Shown: positions 1 to 12,920, counted from the stretch's first letter. The stretch is DNA of 64,000 nt from Octopus vulgaris (GCA_951406725.2 OX597814.1:31124001-31188000), one strand, 5' to 3'. The notes: a model not told the origin generated them from the letters alone. Program-made: numbers and translations.

Positions 1-11
1 ACACACAAACA

Positions 12-50
<39 letters not shown>

Positions 51-51
51 T

Positions 52-324
52 TACTCATTTACTCTTTTACTTGTTTCAGTCATTTGACTATGGCCATGCT
101 GGAGCACCGCCTTTAGTCGAGCAAATCGACACCAGGACTTATTCTTCGTAAGCATAGTACTTATTCTATCGGTCTCTTTTGCCGAACCGCTAAGTTATGG
201 AGATGTAAACACACCAGCATCGGCTGTCAAGCGATTTTGAGGGTGGGGGACAAACACAGACATACAAACATATACGCACACACGCACACACACACACATA
301 CACACACACGCATACACACATACC

Positions 325-397
<73 letters not shown>

Positions 398-553
398 GAC
401 GGGCTTCTTTCAGTTCCCATCTACCAAATCTACTCACAAGGATTTGGTCGGCCCGAGGCTATAGTAGAAGACACTTGCCCGAGGTGGCACGCAGTGGGAC
501 TGAACCGGGAACAATGTGGTTCGTAAGCAAGCTACTTACCACACAGTTACACC
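52..553 (-). mobile_element. tRNA-derived SINE family A, full length, with internal (TA)n/(TG)n microsatellite
   Basis: Minus strand begins with a tRNA-like head (CTGTGTGGTAAGTAGCTTGC...GGGTTCAGTCCC) and ends GACTGAAACAAGTAAAAGAG. A near-identical copy lies at 32621-33110 (+). Confidence 0.85.
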
Positions 554-822
554 TATCTATAAATGTGTGTGTAAGTATTAGTAAATGGGGGGGGGGGTCA
601 TGAAATTCGTAAGAATTCTAGACTCACAGGAGGCATAGAAAGGGCAAGCAATTCAATGAATCCAAAATATTCCACAGAAACTGAGAATCCATCAAACACA
701 AAGTATAAAATAAAACAAGTAAAAGAATGAAGATAGTGGTATCGCATTTAATATCCAGTCAGGATCGTTTGAATAACTGGCAATACACTTGAATTATTTA
801 ACATGCTGTAGCATATATATAT

Positions 823-1080
823 GTGGAGGCGCGTGGCTTAGTGGTTAGGGAGTCAGCATCATGATCGTAAGATTGTAGTTTTGATTCCTGACCGAGCGAC
901 GCGTTGTCTTCTTGAGCAAAACACTTCATTTCACGTTGCTCCAGTCCACTCAGCTGGCAAAAATGAGTAACGCTGCGATGGACTGGCGTCCCGTCCAGCT
1001 GGAGAACACATACGCCATTGAAACCAGGAAACCGGGCCCATGAGACTGGCTAGGCTTTAAAAGGACGCATTTATTTATTT
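823..1080 (+). mobile_element. tRNA-derived SINE family B
   Basis: Head GGAGGCGCGTGGCTTAGTGGTTAGG (A box), B-box-like TTTGATTCC and a (TTTA)n tail. An inverted copy lies at 7808-8061. Confidence 0.85.
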
Positions 1081-1819
1081 TTTTAATATATATACATACA
1101 ATAATTAAGTAAGTCCTTGAGATATAAAAATGAAATCTACACCTATAATTTCATCATGACTTTCAAAACGTGGTTGTACAGATGGACAAACACAGTTAGA
1201 TATAAAAGTAGTGTGAGGGGTTTAAAATTGCTTAGCGAGAAATTAAGTAGGCTGGCACATATAAAGAGAACACAAAGTAAAGAATTACATAAACTACAAG
1301 ATAATATCACTTGTGTTGTGAAGGTCTCTAGTTACAAGTAGGTAAAATGATGGATTTTGCTGTTAACAGACTGAGAAGAGAGGAAGTTATTCATATTCAA
1401 GTAGCAGCCTGTACAGCAAATATTTCCCAGAGAGAAATTTATAAGCGAATAAGAACAACACCTACAATAACACCAAACGAACAAAGAGGAGAAAAAAGGG
1501 AGAATAAAGAGGAAGGGAAAAGGAATGGGAGTGAGAGAAATATGTGAGAATTCAACTATGACAAACAGAAAAATACAAATATACATTCGCACTTACATAT
1601 ACTTATCAAGTTTTATTAACCATTGAAAATTTATTAATTGTATTGTTACTTAAGCTATTGTGAGAAGCACGCGTAGATTCATTGTAAATATACATGCTAC
1701 ATCGTGATATATTAAGGCTGAACACTTACTACCAGGATATTTAAAAAAAAGTGTTCGTACCTCTATAGGTATGTATGCATGTATGTATTTATTTATTTAT
1801 ATATTTATTTAGGTGTGTA

Positions 1820-2014
1820 GGGAGAATTCACAAAAAAAGCAAAAGACGAAGACACGTGGTGAAGTGAAGAAAACAAACAGATGTATTAGTTTAACGCTCG
1901 GGAAATGAAAAATTCTTTAACGTTTCGAGCCTACGTTCTTCCACAGAAAGGAACACAAAATGAAACGAGAAGTGAACGTAAAGAATGTGTAGTTGCTAGC
2001 GATCTATCATGGCG
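1820..2014 (-). mobile_element. Short microsatellite-embedded repeat (putative PLE 3' end/pLTR) with HHR-like motif at 1914-1951
   Basis: Homologous to 39620-39797 and 37075-37170. Minus strand reads CCTTT-CTGTGGA-A-GAAC GTAG GCTC-GAAA-CGT-TA-AAG. Confidence 0.55.
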
Positions 2015-2399
2015 TGTATGTATGTATGTATGTATGTATGTATGTATGTATGTATGTATGTATGTATGTATGTATGTATGCATATACGTATGTACGTTTG
2101 TATGCATGTATGCCTACTGGTTATATTTGAAGTATTGAAGTAGTGATAGGGTTAGGGTGCTCGTCCAAATCTCCATAAAATCTAACGCAGTAACAAACCC
2201 ATTTTATTGTTTTTATTGCGAAATATATTTCTCAAAGCATTTTTGTATTCTTATTTCTATGATATATTCATTCTTTTAAATGATGAAGTGACATACTATT
2301 TGTTGAACTTCATATCACACAGAAGCACACATACACACAATATACACATGCACACACACACACACACACACAAACACACACGCACACGCATATGCGCAC

Positions 2400-2433
<34 letters not shown>

Positions 2434-2501
2434 ACTCATTATCACTATGGACTCTGTGTGGGCAGTCATCTAAAAGTTTTTGTTCGTCATGATGCTGACA
2501 T

Positions 2502-2606
2502 AAGTTCCTTGTCTTTCCTGATGAGAAGGCGGCATAATACACCCTTTATTCCTTCGGAATTAAGAATATGCAGTCTTCGAAACATATGTCGATAATAAAG
2601 GAATTT
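2502..2606 (+). ncRNA. Type I hammerhead ribozyme with extended stem II, in a solo PLE-like 3' fragment (about 2431-2690)
   Basis: CTGATGA at 2518-2524; stem II GAAGGCGGCATA/TATGCAGTCTTC; GAAA at 2579-2582; palindromic stem III ACATATGT; GUC cleavage triplet ending 2590; distal stem I TTCCTT/AAGGAA. Follows a (TA)n tract. Confidence 0.8.
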
Positions 2607-3306
2607 TGTTAAATCGTCGTTCAACTCCAAGACTGACACAAAAAAGATTTCCAATTTATGTCGGGATTTTGTCAACTGACTTTTTGAAGATGTTTGAGAA
2701 AATGAGTAGTAGGAAAATAAAAAACAGAAAAAGAGGAAAGTAAAATATTAAATATTAACGCTAAATTCAATGCTTAATATTCAATTATTTTTGTTAATTT
2801 GATTACGTTCAAAAATTATACGAGCGTTCATCGTAAACAACGTAATATTCATTGGCAGTCGAATATGTCATCCGAAACCATAGGAGGAGGACTACTACCA
2901 GCAGCCATTGCAAGATTTTTCAACAGATCCAAATTACAGGAAAAGAATCCAACCATTAACGTTTAATTTAATGTTAAAACTTATTCGTTTTGCCTTCTTC
3001 ATTTCCTTTGAATCACTTTTTTTTTGTTTTGTCTTTTTATTCTTGCAGCTTGAAGAAGTCTGTTGAATGTGTAATTATTAATTTCGAGAGCGAAATCTAA
3101 CCAAAAAATGGAGAGGGCTGAATGAGAAAGGAGAGTAAACGTTTAATGTTAAGTAGGAGAGAAAAGGGTATGATTGTACGTGGTTAGTAAATAGCGAAGT
3201 GTGACGCCTAAATAAAAAAAAAACGATGCGTATATGACATAAATGGAAAATGTCTGTCCGATTTTAGAATTTTCAAACAAAAATAAATGCATAATTATAT
3301 AATGAA

Positions 3307-3585
3307 TCTCTCTATATATAAACGGCAGTTTGTCTGTGCGTTTTCTGTGTGTCTGTTTTCTCGTACCCTCAGTTCTGAAAAAAATCGATAAATTCGACAT
3401 GGGGTCGAGAATCAGAAACCCAAACCACAGACCGTCTAGGGGACGCAACTCCACCTTTTTTAACTCTCAAAAAATTTACCATCATTATTTTTCCATTTTT
3501 TTGCTATTTTTTGGCTATAACTCTCTAAAAATGCTTTATAGTTATTTCCCTTACAAACCTGAGCAACGCCGGGCGATACTGCTAG
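3307..3585 (+). mobile_element. Non-autonomous Helitron
   Basis: 5' TC(TCTC)TATATATAAA; 3' hairpin CCTGAGCAACGCCGGG followed by CTAG; inserted at an A/T junction. Shares its 3' end with the 28027 and 56400 copies. Confidence 0.8.
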
Positions 3586-3909
3586 TAATTATATAAACGC
3601 AACAACATAAAAGTATTTGCATGCTTATCAATGTTCCTCATCGCTATATTTAAAAGACTTTCCTTGGTTTATAATATTTGTTTCCTCAGTGATTTTGAAT
3701 TTCATGTACGATTTCTAGCGGGTAATTTCACCCTGTGAAAGTCCTTTTAGCTGTAACAGTACCACAAAAATTCTGATTTGAGACTTATCAATTGAAAAGA
3801 GTTACAAATAGCAAATTACTTTTTCATATATTTTTCTCTTACTTAAACATATATTCTATAATGTCTTCAAATAACCTTGAAACTAATTCTTGAACTTTGC
3901 TCTGCACAT

Positions 3910-3987
3910 GCTGTTGTTGTTTTGGCTGTTATTACTGTTGTTGTTGTTGTTGTTGTTGTTCTTCTTCTTCTTCTTCTTCTTCTTCTT

Positions 3988-4086
<99 letters not shown>
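3910..4086. repeat. Compound microsatellite (GTT)n(CTT)n(ATT)n
   Basis: Directly visible in the sequence; abuts the 3' end of the R4/Dong-like LINE. Confidence 0.95.
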
Positions 4087-6558
4087 GCCGTTGCACAGCC
4101 TCTAACGCTGGAGATGTACTACAGTGTCAGCTGTTCACTACCAGTAAATTAAGGTAACATCTATTATTTTTCGAGCACCTTCCAGAGTATTCGAGCGGTT
4201 CCAAGCAGTATTGTTTTCTGAAAGTGCTCCACCTTTATTGCAGCCCCTATTTGTTCCACGTACTTCTCGAGATTTTTGCTCACTGTTCCCAGGGCTCCGA
4301 CAATTTTTGGTACTACTGCAACCTTTTTCATCGATCACAACTGCTTAACTTCCCAAGTTAACCTGTCATATCTTTCGACTTTTCTTTCTTCCTTATCGCA
4401 TACCTTGTTGTCAGTTGGGCATGCTATATCTATTATCCAGCATAGTTTGTTTTCTTTCTCAATTAAGACTATGTCTGGCTTCCTACTCTCTATCTCATGG
4501 TCGCACTGGATCATAAAATCCCATAGGATCTTTGCATTTCTATTTTCGATAAAATGACTTTTAGTCATTACAGACATCTTATACAAGCCTGACCTTCTTA
4601 TTTCTAATAATAGCGGTTCTGTGGCATCTTTTAAATAACATGCTATGTTGTTTTCTTCTGCTCTAATGGTGTGTTCTCATCCAATACGTCCTCTTACCCT
4701 CTTTTTCTTGGTACATACAGTCTGTCTGTGTCACGTTTTGGGTGAAGTGTCCCACATCTAGTTAGCAGCTTCCTTGTGCTTCTGTCTAAGCTGTCCATGC
4801 GATTACCCTTGCTCCATATGCGTTTCTCTCCATGCGATTACCTCTGCTAGATATGTAAGGAGTGAAACCACCCAGGTGTTGATAGCTTCAATCTTGTTCC
4901 GTCCGTTAAATTTCGACTTAAGTATCAGTGTCAGTCTACGCAAGTACTCCACCTTAAATTTTTTTGTCATTTCTTTTTCCATCAATTTATCCATTTCCAA
5001 AATCTCCAGGCACTTATAGCCTGTCTCTTCTACCTGCTTCATAGCCTCCCCCGACGGTATCGTTAGCCCGTCCATATATTTGATTTTGCTCTCTTCAAGA
5101 CTAACACACAACACTTTCTTACTCCGAACTCCATTCTGATATCAGCACTCAAAGTATACTCCGTATCAACGACGCAACTGACTTGGGCTTCAACTTTACT
5201 ATATAGTTTGAGGTCATCCATGAATAACAAATGGTTGACTTTTTCTTGGCGGCTTTTGAATACATACCCAGCTTTTGCTTTCCTCAAAATCAGTGTTACT
5301 GGTGTCGAGTACAGTACAAAGATCAGTTGGGAAATGCAGTTCCCTTGGAAGATGCCCCTTCAAAATTCTACTGTCCGTAAACTTCTTCCGTATGCTGTCA
5401 GGTCTGTCCTCCAATTCGCCATACATTTTTCTAAGCAATCGCTCAACATTCGAAGCAATCCCAAACAGGTTCATACACTCCATAATCCAAGAATGTGGGA
5501 TGATATCGTACGCCTTACGTTAGTCGATCCATGACGTGGCTAAGTTACTTTTCCTCCTCTTGCAGCCTCCAAGTACAGTTTTGACTACCAGGTGTTGACC
5601 CTTGGTACCTCTGCATTTACGCTTGCACCCATTCTGCTCACGGGGAGGACTCCATATTTTTCCAGATGTTCTGCGAGTATTCCAATCAATAACTTCCACA
5701 TAAGTCTGTAATTGTCTACTGTATTACCTTTTTCGCTGTTTTTCAAGCACAGCACTGTCCTACCCATTTTCAGCCACTCTGGTGTTACTTGGTCGGCATA
5801 TAACAAGGTGTTGAGTTGTGCAGCTATTCGTGCATGACATTCACCAAATCTTTTGACCCAGTGGCCTTGAACTCCATCTTGCTCCGGGGCCTTTCAGTTG
5901 CCCATTCTTTTTACTGATTTCTTTCACTTCCCTAACTGAAATGAATAGTTCTGCTTGTTTTGGACAGACTACATTTAGTTTCAGTTCTTGCAAGCATTCA
6001 GCATCCTTCTTGTGCTCCATGTCTTTGCTCTAGATGTCACTAAAAGACTCTTGACTTTCACTATTATCTAATATCAACTTTTCATCTGTGCGATCTCCAT
6101 TTACTTCTTTGTAGGATCTCTTCTCATCTACTCTGTATAACCTATTCTGCTGGTCACCCTTCATTCTTTGGTTGTATTTTACCATCTTTGTTTTCTTTGC
6201 AACGAGAGGCGCTGTTTCAGTATGTACCTTATCACTTTCAGGACCTTTCTTTCAATATCATACTTCCTTTTCAGTACCTTGTATTTTTGTTCGCTTTTAA
6301 GCTCCCCCTTATCTTTTCGGTCTAACACCGTAATGTCCTTTGAGAGCATATGTAACCCTGCCTGTATTCTTCTATTCCACCGTGGATCTTTTCTTTTGTC
6401 ACTCCCATTACGTTTCTTTTTCTTGACGTTAACACTCACATTTTCTGCTACAACAATATTTGTTGCTTTATTCAAATTATTTGTTTCTGTGATGTTTTTT
6501 GTTCTGATTTATTTCAGAATTTATTCACATTTTTCGTTTCTTGGTTTAATTTCCACCG
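4087..6558 (-). mobile_element. Decayed R4/Dong-clade non-LTR retrotransposon (RT plus restriction-like endonuclease)
   Basis: Frameshifted peptides include HLLFMDDLKLY (RT YADD region), PEWLKMGRTVL..K..NYR and KILWDFMIQCDHEIESRKPDIVLIEKENKLCWIIDIACP (PD..D RLE). Flanked on both sides by trinucleotide microsatellites, (TAA)n at the 3' end. Confidence 0.85.
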
Positions 6559-6611
<53 letters not shown>

Positions 6612-6681
6612 TATTATGATCATTATTATTATCACTATAATAATAATAATAATAATAATTATTATTATTATTATTATTATA

Positions 6682-6744
<63 letters not shown>
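6559..6744. repeat. Compound (CAT)n/(TAA)n/(ATT)n microsatellite
   Basis: Directly visible in the sequence. Confidence 0.95.
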
Positions 6745-7300
6745 GAGTGAGCGAGCAGAGCATGCCATCAAAGTGACACTGGGGTAAAATATACGAAGCC
6801 CAGTATACCCATCATGACTACCCGTCTGATAAGGGTACACCAGGCACATGCTTCACAACCATATGTGCGCGACATGGTGATCTCATATCAAGATAAACAG
6901 CACATGACCTTGCAGGTGGAACCCAGTTAGAATTTTCTTCAGATCGAGTAACTCATCCCGCTCAAACGGTCCCTGAATAAGGGTTGTTTAAGGACGTTGA
7001 ATGAAACATCCATGTTTCCAGAGGTGAATTATTCAAACCCCAAAGAATCCTTCTCAACACATGGCTATGATGCTCCCCCACTACTTCTGCTCGTGATCAG
7101 AGATGCACATATCGTCAGCCACTAAGGGACATGCTCAACTGGTTATGGTCAAACAACTGACAAGCAAATCTGTGGTATTGAGCAGAATATTTGCTGTAGC
7201 CCATCTTTTATACCGAGACAAAACAATGTACATGATAACACTTCCAATCAGTTAAGATCAGAAGCCATGAGAGCCACTGCCTGGTACTGCATCAGGGCAT
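6745..7300. mobile_element. About 555-bp non-coding element inserted in a (TAA)n tract (putative non-autonomous R4/Dong partner)
   Basis: GC-richer block with sharp edges and (ATT)n on both sides; no ORF. Confidence 0.45.
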
Positions 7301-7314
7301 TTATTATTATTATC

Positions 7315-7371
<57 letters not shown>

Positions 7372-7747
7372 GATTGTTATAATTATTATTACTATGTTTA
7401 GAGATTTAAAACTATGCAACAACAAATACGTTTTACATTCAAAGAAAAACTTCGCGTAACCCTCCAGTTCGTAAAGAGAGATGTTGGTTAATTTTTTACA
7501 AAATCACCCATAATCAAAAAGTTAGTGAAATATAAGCGTTTTCTTGTTTTAAACTAAGATATATTTCAAGAAACGTAAAATCATATTTGATAAATTCATC
7601 TAACAACCAAACATGCTAAAAACATTCCTCAAACTTCACAGCAAATACAAGAAAAAATGAAGAGGCATACATACATATATATATATATACACACGCACGC
7701 ACAGACATGCACACGCACACACACACATATATATGTACAAGTGTATC

Positions 7748-7783
<36 letters not shown>

Positions 7784-7807
7784 ATATATATATATATATA
7801 TATATAA

Positions 7808-8061
7808 TAAATAAATGCGCCCTTTTAAAGCCTAGCTAGGCTCAAGGGCCCGATTTCCCGGTTTCTATGGCGTATGTGTTCTCCAGCTGGACGGGACGCC
7901 AGTCCATCGCAACGTTACTCATTTTTGCCAGCTGAGTGAACTGGAGCGACGTGATATGAAGTGTTTTGCTCAAGAACACAACGCGTCACCCTGTCCAGGA
8001 ATCGAAACCACAATCTTACGATCATGATGCTGACACCCTAACCACTAGGCCACGTGCCTCT
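7808..8061 (-). mobile_element. tRNA-derived SINE family B
   Basis: Reverse-complement match to 823-1080. Confidence 0.85.
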
Positions 8062-8117
8062 ACAAGCACACACTCACACACACACACACACACACATATT
8101 TATATAATTATACATAC

Positions 8118-8180
<63 letters not shown>

Positions 8181-8728
8181 TATGTATAAGTTGAAGCTAA
8201 ACTAAAACGAAGTTGTATTTCTCATCAGATATATGTATTCTTGGTGAACCCCCCCCCACCAGAAGCAATAAACTTAAGAAGAATGATAATTGCAACACTT
8301 TAGTTATATGAATAACAGCGGCAACTTAATGCAGTGAACCAAAATATATGATGAATAGAACTCCCTCGGTATCAAGAGAGGATTAATTATATTAATTGTT
8401 GATTCTAATTAAGGAAGGTAGGTGGGATGAGCAGGAATATTAATCATTTATAACTAATAAAAATAAAATATAGTGTAAAATATAGTCAAAAGGATGTGTA
8501 TTAGATCTTTAATAGTTTAGATACGTTTCAAATAATGTTTGGAATAAACATACGTATACATACATACATACTGACAAACAGACAAACAGACATTGGCATG
8601 CATACACACACTCCCGTACGTGCACATACCCCCCACACAGGTACAGAAACAGACACATACACACTCATGCATATACAGATATATATATATACACACATAC
8701 GCACATTCATACATACATGCATACATAA

Positions 8729-8759
<31 letters not shown>

Positions 8760-9184
8760 CACGTACACCGCCACGTACACAGGCACACGTATATATTTGT
8801 GTGTATTCTCATTTACGCATCTCTGTGTAAATATGTGCGCATCTGTGTTACACAGTGAGCTACTAGAGGTCAGCTGGTCGTAAGTTGCTTGATGTTTTAT
8901 ACCATAATAACATGCAACATACATCACACTATCATAGTTTTCATGTAAAAGTTTCTTCTCTCGCGGATAGAAAGGCGAAATTATTGAAAAGATTGGTACA
9001 TTTTCGTATATCAGTGAAATGAATAATTGGTATAAGGCAAGTTTTCATCTGAAGGTTTTTCTCACCTCACTTAATAAGTGATGAGACTAGTAAAAAAGAT
9101 AAGTAAAGGAGAATTGAACGGAAGAAAATAATAGAAAAAGAAAGAAGGGCAGAAAGAAAGGGAGACATGTTGGAGAGAAAAAAG

Positions 9185-9545
9185 TCAATGCATAGCCGAG
9201 AACAAATATTAGGGGTCATAATTGACCTCTCTTTTCCAACCCCAACACAAAGTTCGAATTCAACAAACGCAGTGAAAGCACACACCATTCTCTCATCGCC
9301 TTTATCAACAATCACAACGATCCTAAAATTGCAATCATTTAAAGTATCGTCTGGCCTAAGTTTTAATCAAAAACTGACACCCAGCTCCTGGGAACGTGTC
9401 TTCCGTCACTACACAAAAAAAACCTTTTCTAATGTCAAACATAGTGAAGAGTCGAGGTTGTCCAGCACGTCCAGGGCATCGTGAGCGAGAATCCCGGCAA
9501 GTCAATGAGGGTCATTGACAATCATCTCCATGTGTCGGAGTCAGC
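9185..9545 (+). pseudogene. Highly decayed CR1/L2-like LINE 3' RT fragment
   Basis: Peptide remnants QILGVIID, K.IVWPKF (compare YK..VRP.L) and ERV.RHYTKK across frames. Confidence 0.45.
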
Positions 9546-10026
9546 AATTAGATGCAAGGAACTAATTCTATGTTATAAGAAGTGAGCAGTTCAAGTTCGC
9601 TTGAAATGTAATTATAAATTTGGAGGTATGAAGTCCTACATATTTGAAGTCCAGATGTAACTACACTTTAAGGCCTTATATGCACATACATTGAATTGTG
9701 AGAGATATTAACCACATTCGATTTTCCAATAAGTGAGAAGATAGAAAACCAAATAAAGTGATGCCTTCCTTTGCTTTTAGGGAATCTTGAACTTGTAGCC
9801 ATGTTCAATGAGGCATAAAGTGCCTATAAATACACACACGCAACTCTTCGACATATAAATGTATATACATGTACATACATACATACATATACATACATAT
9901 ATGTGTGTGTGTGTGTTTTTCTAGATATAAATGCACATATTTTCCCTCGCGCACACACATATATAATTTAAATACACGCATTTATATGTATGTGTATATT
10001 TGTGTTTGTATACGTATATACATACA

Positions 10027-10078
<52 letters not shown>

Positions 10079-10081
<3 letters not shown>

Positions 10082-12188
10082 CCACACCAACCCAGCGCTA
10101 AGACTCATATGCCCTGCTAGATCTGATATCGGGATAATCAGTAAGTACATTTTAGATAAATATATCCCTAGTTTAGTAAACAAGCTGAAGCTCAGCCTCT
10201 GGGCCAACTCCTCGCAGGTAGTGAAGTGGTTCTCTTCCATCCCCAATAAGAACCGTACTAGGTTCATTCAGTTTGATATCGCCAGCTTCTACCCCTCGAT
10301 TAACCCTAGTGTGCTAAATAAGGCCCTCTGGCATGCTCACAACAAGGCTGGCCTCACCAGAGAAGAGATAGATATCATTTTAGTTGCCAGGAAATCGTTT
10401 ATTAAGTTTGATAATAAGTTGTGGATCCGTAAAGATACTCCCAATGAATTTGATGTGCCTATGGGTAGTTCGGATAGTGCGCAGATAGCCGATTTGGTCG
10501 GAATATATATTCTCTACGAATTGTCCGACCAATTCCCGGAGATCGCGGGCGGCCTGTATCGTGACGATTGTCTGTTTTACCTGCAAAACACCACGAACAG
10601 AATAGTGCAGAAAACTAAGAGCAGGTTAGCTAGGTTTTTTAATAGAATGGGCATGAGTATAGTTTTTGATAATGAACTCACCAAGGCTAATTTCCTAGAC
10701 GTTACACTTAACCTTAATAGCGACTCATACTGCCCTTACCATAAGCCTTCCACTAATTTGAAGTATGTCAGTGTCTTCTCAAATCATGCCAAAACCGTAA
10801 CAGACAATTTGGTTAAAAACATCTCTCTAAGATTGTCTGGCTTGTCCGCCAGTGCCGATATTTTTATGCAGAAAGCGGAATTTTATAACGCCGCACTATC
10901 CAAGGCCGGTTATAGGCAGAAGGTAATTTATATTGATCCGGCCCTTCCGATGCCATCATTCGGTCATCAGGATAGGGCCGTATATAATAACATTAACATT
11001 TTAAGTAAGGACGGGAGCGCGGCGGATGCCGGGGTAGTCGCTCCCGCATTTAATTTAGCGAACAAGGATAATTATCGGTCCGGGAGGACTTACACTAACC
11101 CAAGACCCGTTATTCATCCGAGAATCACCCACCCGAACGCGAGAGCTGGCGTCCCGACCCATCACACTGATAGGAATAAGCATATATGGTTTGTAATCCC
11201 CTTTGGTAAGCAGATTAGAACTAACCTCCCCCTCATGTTTAGACAAGCCATCGCCAATAACTTCCCCAGAAATTCCAAATATTACTCCACGGTTAACTCG
11301 CATAAAGTTAGGATAGCTTTCTCCAACACTAAAAACCTCGCCCAGATAATCGCCTCCCATAATAATAGGCTACTTACTAAGACCCTATCACCTTTTTCCG
11401 GAGGCACAGCCTCTTCCGCTCCCGGTTTAATGCTCAGTAGGAATAATTATAGTAGTAATAATGATATGAGAGCCAGTACAGTGACACATAATCTCAGCTC
11501 CAGCCAGGGAGTACCCACTAGGGGTATAGTTATAAATAGGGGTGTTGTGGTTGACGGTAACAATGGGAGTAGGGTAGAGAGCCCCAATAGCATCCCCAGC
11601 ATCATTTCCCGCAATAGCAGCACCACGGGCAGTAGCAATGACAGCACTCTGATAGATAGTGGAGAATCAGGGGTTATTCCTATAGTTAATAGTGACGTAG
11701 TGGAAAATAGAGTAGTAAGCGGCTGCAGGTCTCGGAACGAATATAGTGACAGGAATGCAGTTCTAATTTCAGAAACTAATCCTAGCAGAATAAGATTCAC
11801 GTCGGCGAACTCCAAGATCAAAAACGCCGTCTACCAATGCAAGGTTTACACGGACTCAGATGTCTTCACTTATGTAGGGGCCTCATCCTCAAGATTGTCT
11901 TTGCGTGTCTCCAACCATTACGCAACTTTTCGGGACATGAACAAGCGCCAGACCACGGGACTCAGTAAGCTAATATGGCGACTGAAGGATACGAACTTAA
12001 GCTACAGGCTGGAATGGTCAATTTTGTCGGTGGCCCTCCCATTTGATAGGGGCAGAAGGCAGTGCAACCTTTGTGTCTCCGAACTCTTCCATATTTTGTT
12101 TGCCAGAGGCCGGATGGTAAACGGGCTTTTACAGTCGGCTTTTCGATGCCCCCATTGGCGGCGTTACACTTATCTGGCTTTTAAATAG
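10079..12188 (+). CDS. PLE reverse transcriptase with C-terminal GIY-YIG endonuclease (uninterrupted, N-terminally truncated)
   Basis: RT motifs NPALRLICPA, FIQFDIASFYPSI, FDVPMGSSDSAQIADLVG, GGLYRDD, NFLDVTL and PYHKP..NH. EN motifs AVYQCKV...YVG...RVSNH, LSKLIW, CNLCVSE and MVN...CPH. The ORF-track start at 9990 is microsatellite read-through. Confidence 0.9.
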
Positions 12189-12775
12189 CGTTTATAAATA
12201 ATACCGGCACCCATAGCCCTTGGTAACAAATTCTGAAATAGCCTTTAAGATATCTACGATTAACCACTGCAAGGGGAATTACTCCTGTAAGACAAACGGG
12301 GCTTGGTTTTTTCACAGCGGGGGGTTTCCTTGACAAGGCAGGCTTAGATGAACACACACACACATAAAACATAATATATATATATATTTTTTCTGCCACC
12401 CAACGGTTCTCGCGGCAGTAGCCACTGACAGCCGAACGATCAAACGCACACACGTACACAAAAAATGTTTTCTACCCCTACGCCAACACACACATATATA
12501 GAACAGTATACACACACACACGTCTCTAAGTAGATTTTTTCTCGCCCCTTATAAAACATCCAATATTCCTTAAATAGTCAGAACTTTATTCTCGGTCACA
12601 AAGAACACCCACACACCCTCACCCACATGATTGACCGATGCCTGACCCGTTAAATTCTTCAGCCACCGGTTCTCTGCATACACTGATAAACAGTTTCGCC
12701 ATGGGCTCTTAGGAGCATAGTTCGATTTGTTTTTGCTCCGTCTCTGTTCTGTTTTTGTTTTTCCAACGGATTTCC

Positions 12776-12869
12776 TATTTTCTTCCTGAAGAGAAAGACA
12801 CAATATGGTCCCATTATTCAATGGGATTTTGGTAATTTGTGCCTTTCGAAACACGTGTAGAATGAAATA
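12776..12869 (+). ncRNA. Type I hammerhead ribozyme in the PLE 3' end
   Basis: Stem I TATTTTCTTC/GAATGAAATA; CTGAAGA at 12786-12792; stem II GAAAGACACAA/TTGTGCCTTTC with inner hairpin TCCCATT-ATTC-AATGGGA; GAAA at 12848-12851; palindromic stem III ACACGTGT; GUA cleavage after 12859. Confidence 0.85.
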
Positions 12870-12920
12870 AAACGATTTCTGTTCAATCTGCGTTCAGCTC
12901 CATTTCTTCAATTCACCAAT

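Noticed and set aside
1117-1547. Protein-like ORFs possibly from a PLE N-terminus
   Set aside because: No diagnostic motif recognised.
7245-7300. Resemblance to U2 snRNA (ATCAGTTAAGATC, CCTGGTACTGCA)
   Set aside because: Only two short patches with wrong spacing; no branch-point pairing GTAGTA or Sm site.
8205-8540. Minus-strand CTGATGAGAAATA at about 8226 and TATTTGAAACGTA at about 8530 as a type II or permuted hammerhead
   Set aside because: No stem I pairing and a weak stem II.
9990-10078. N-terminus of the 732-aa ORF
   Set aside because: Read-through of host (TA)n; PLE homology starts at about 10079.
11447-11821. Hydrophobic antisense ORF
   Set aside because: Shadow frame of the Ser/Asn-rich PLE linker.
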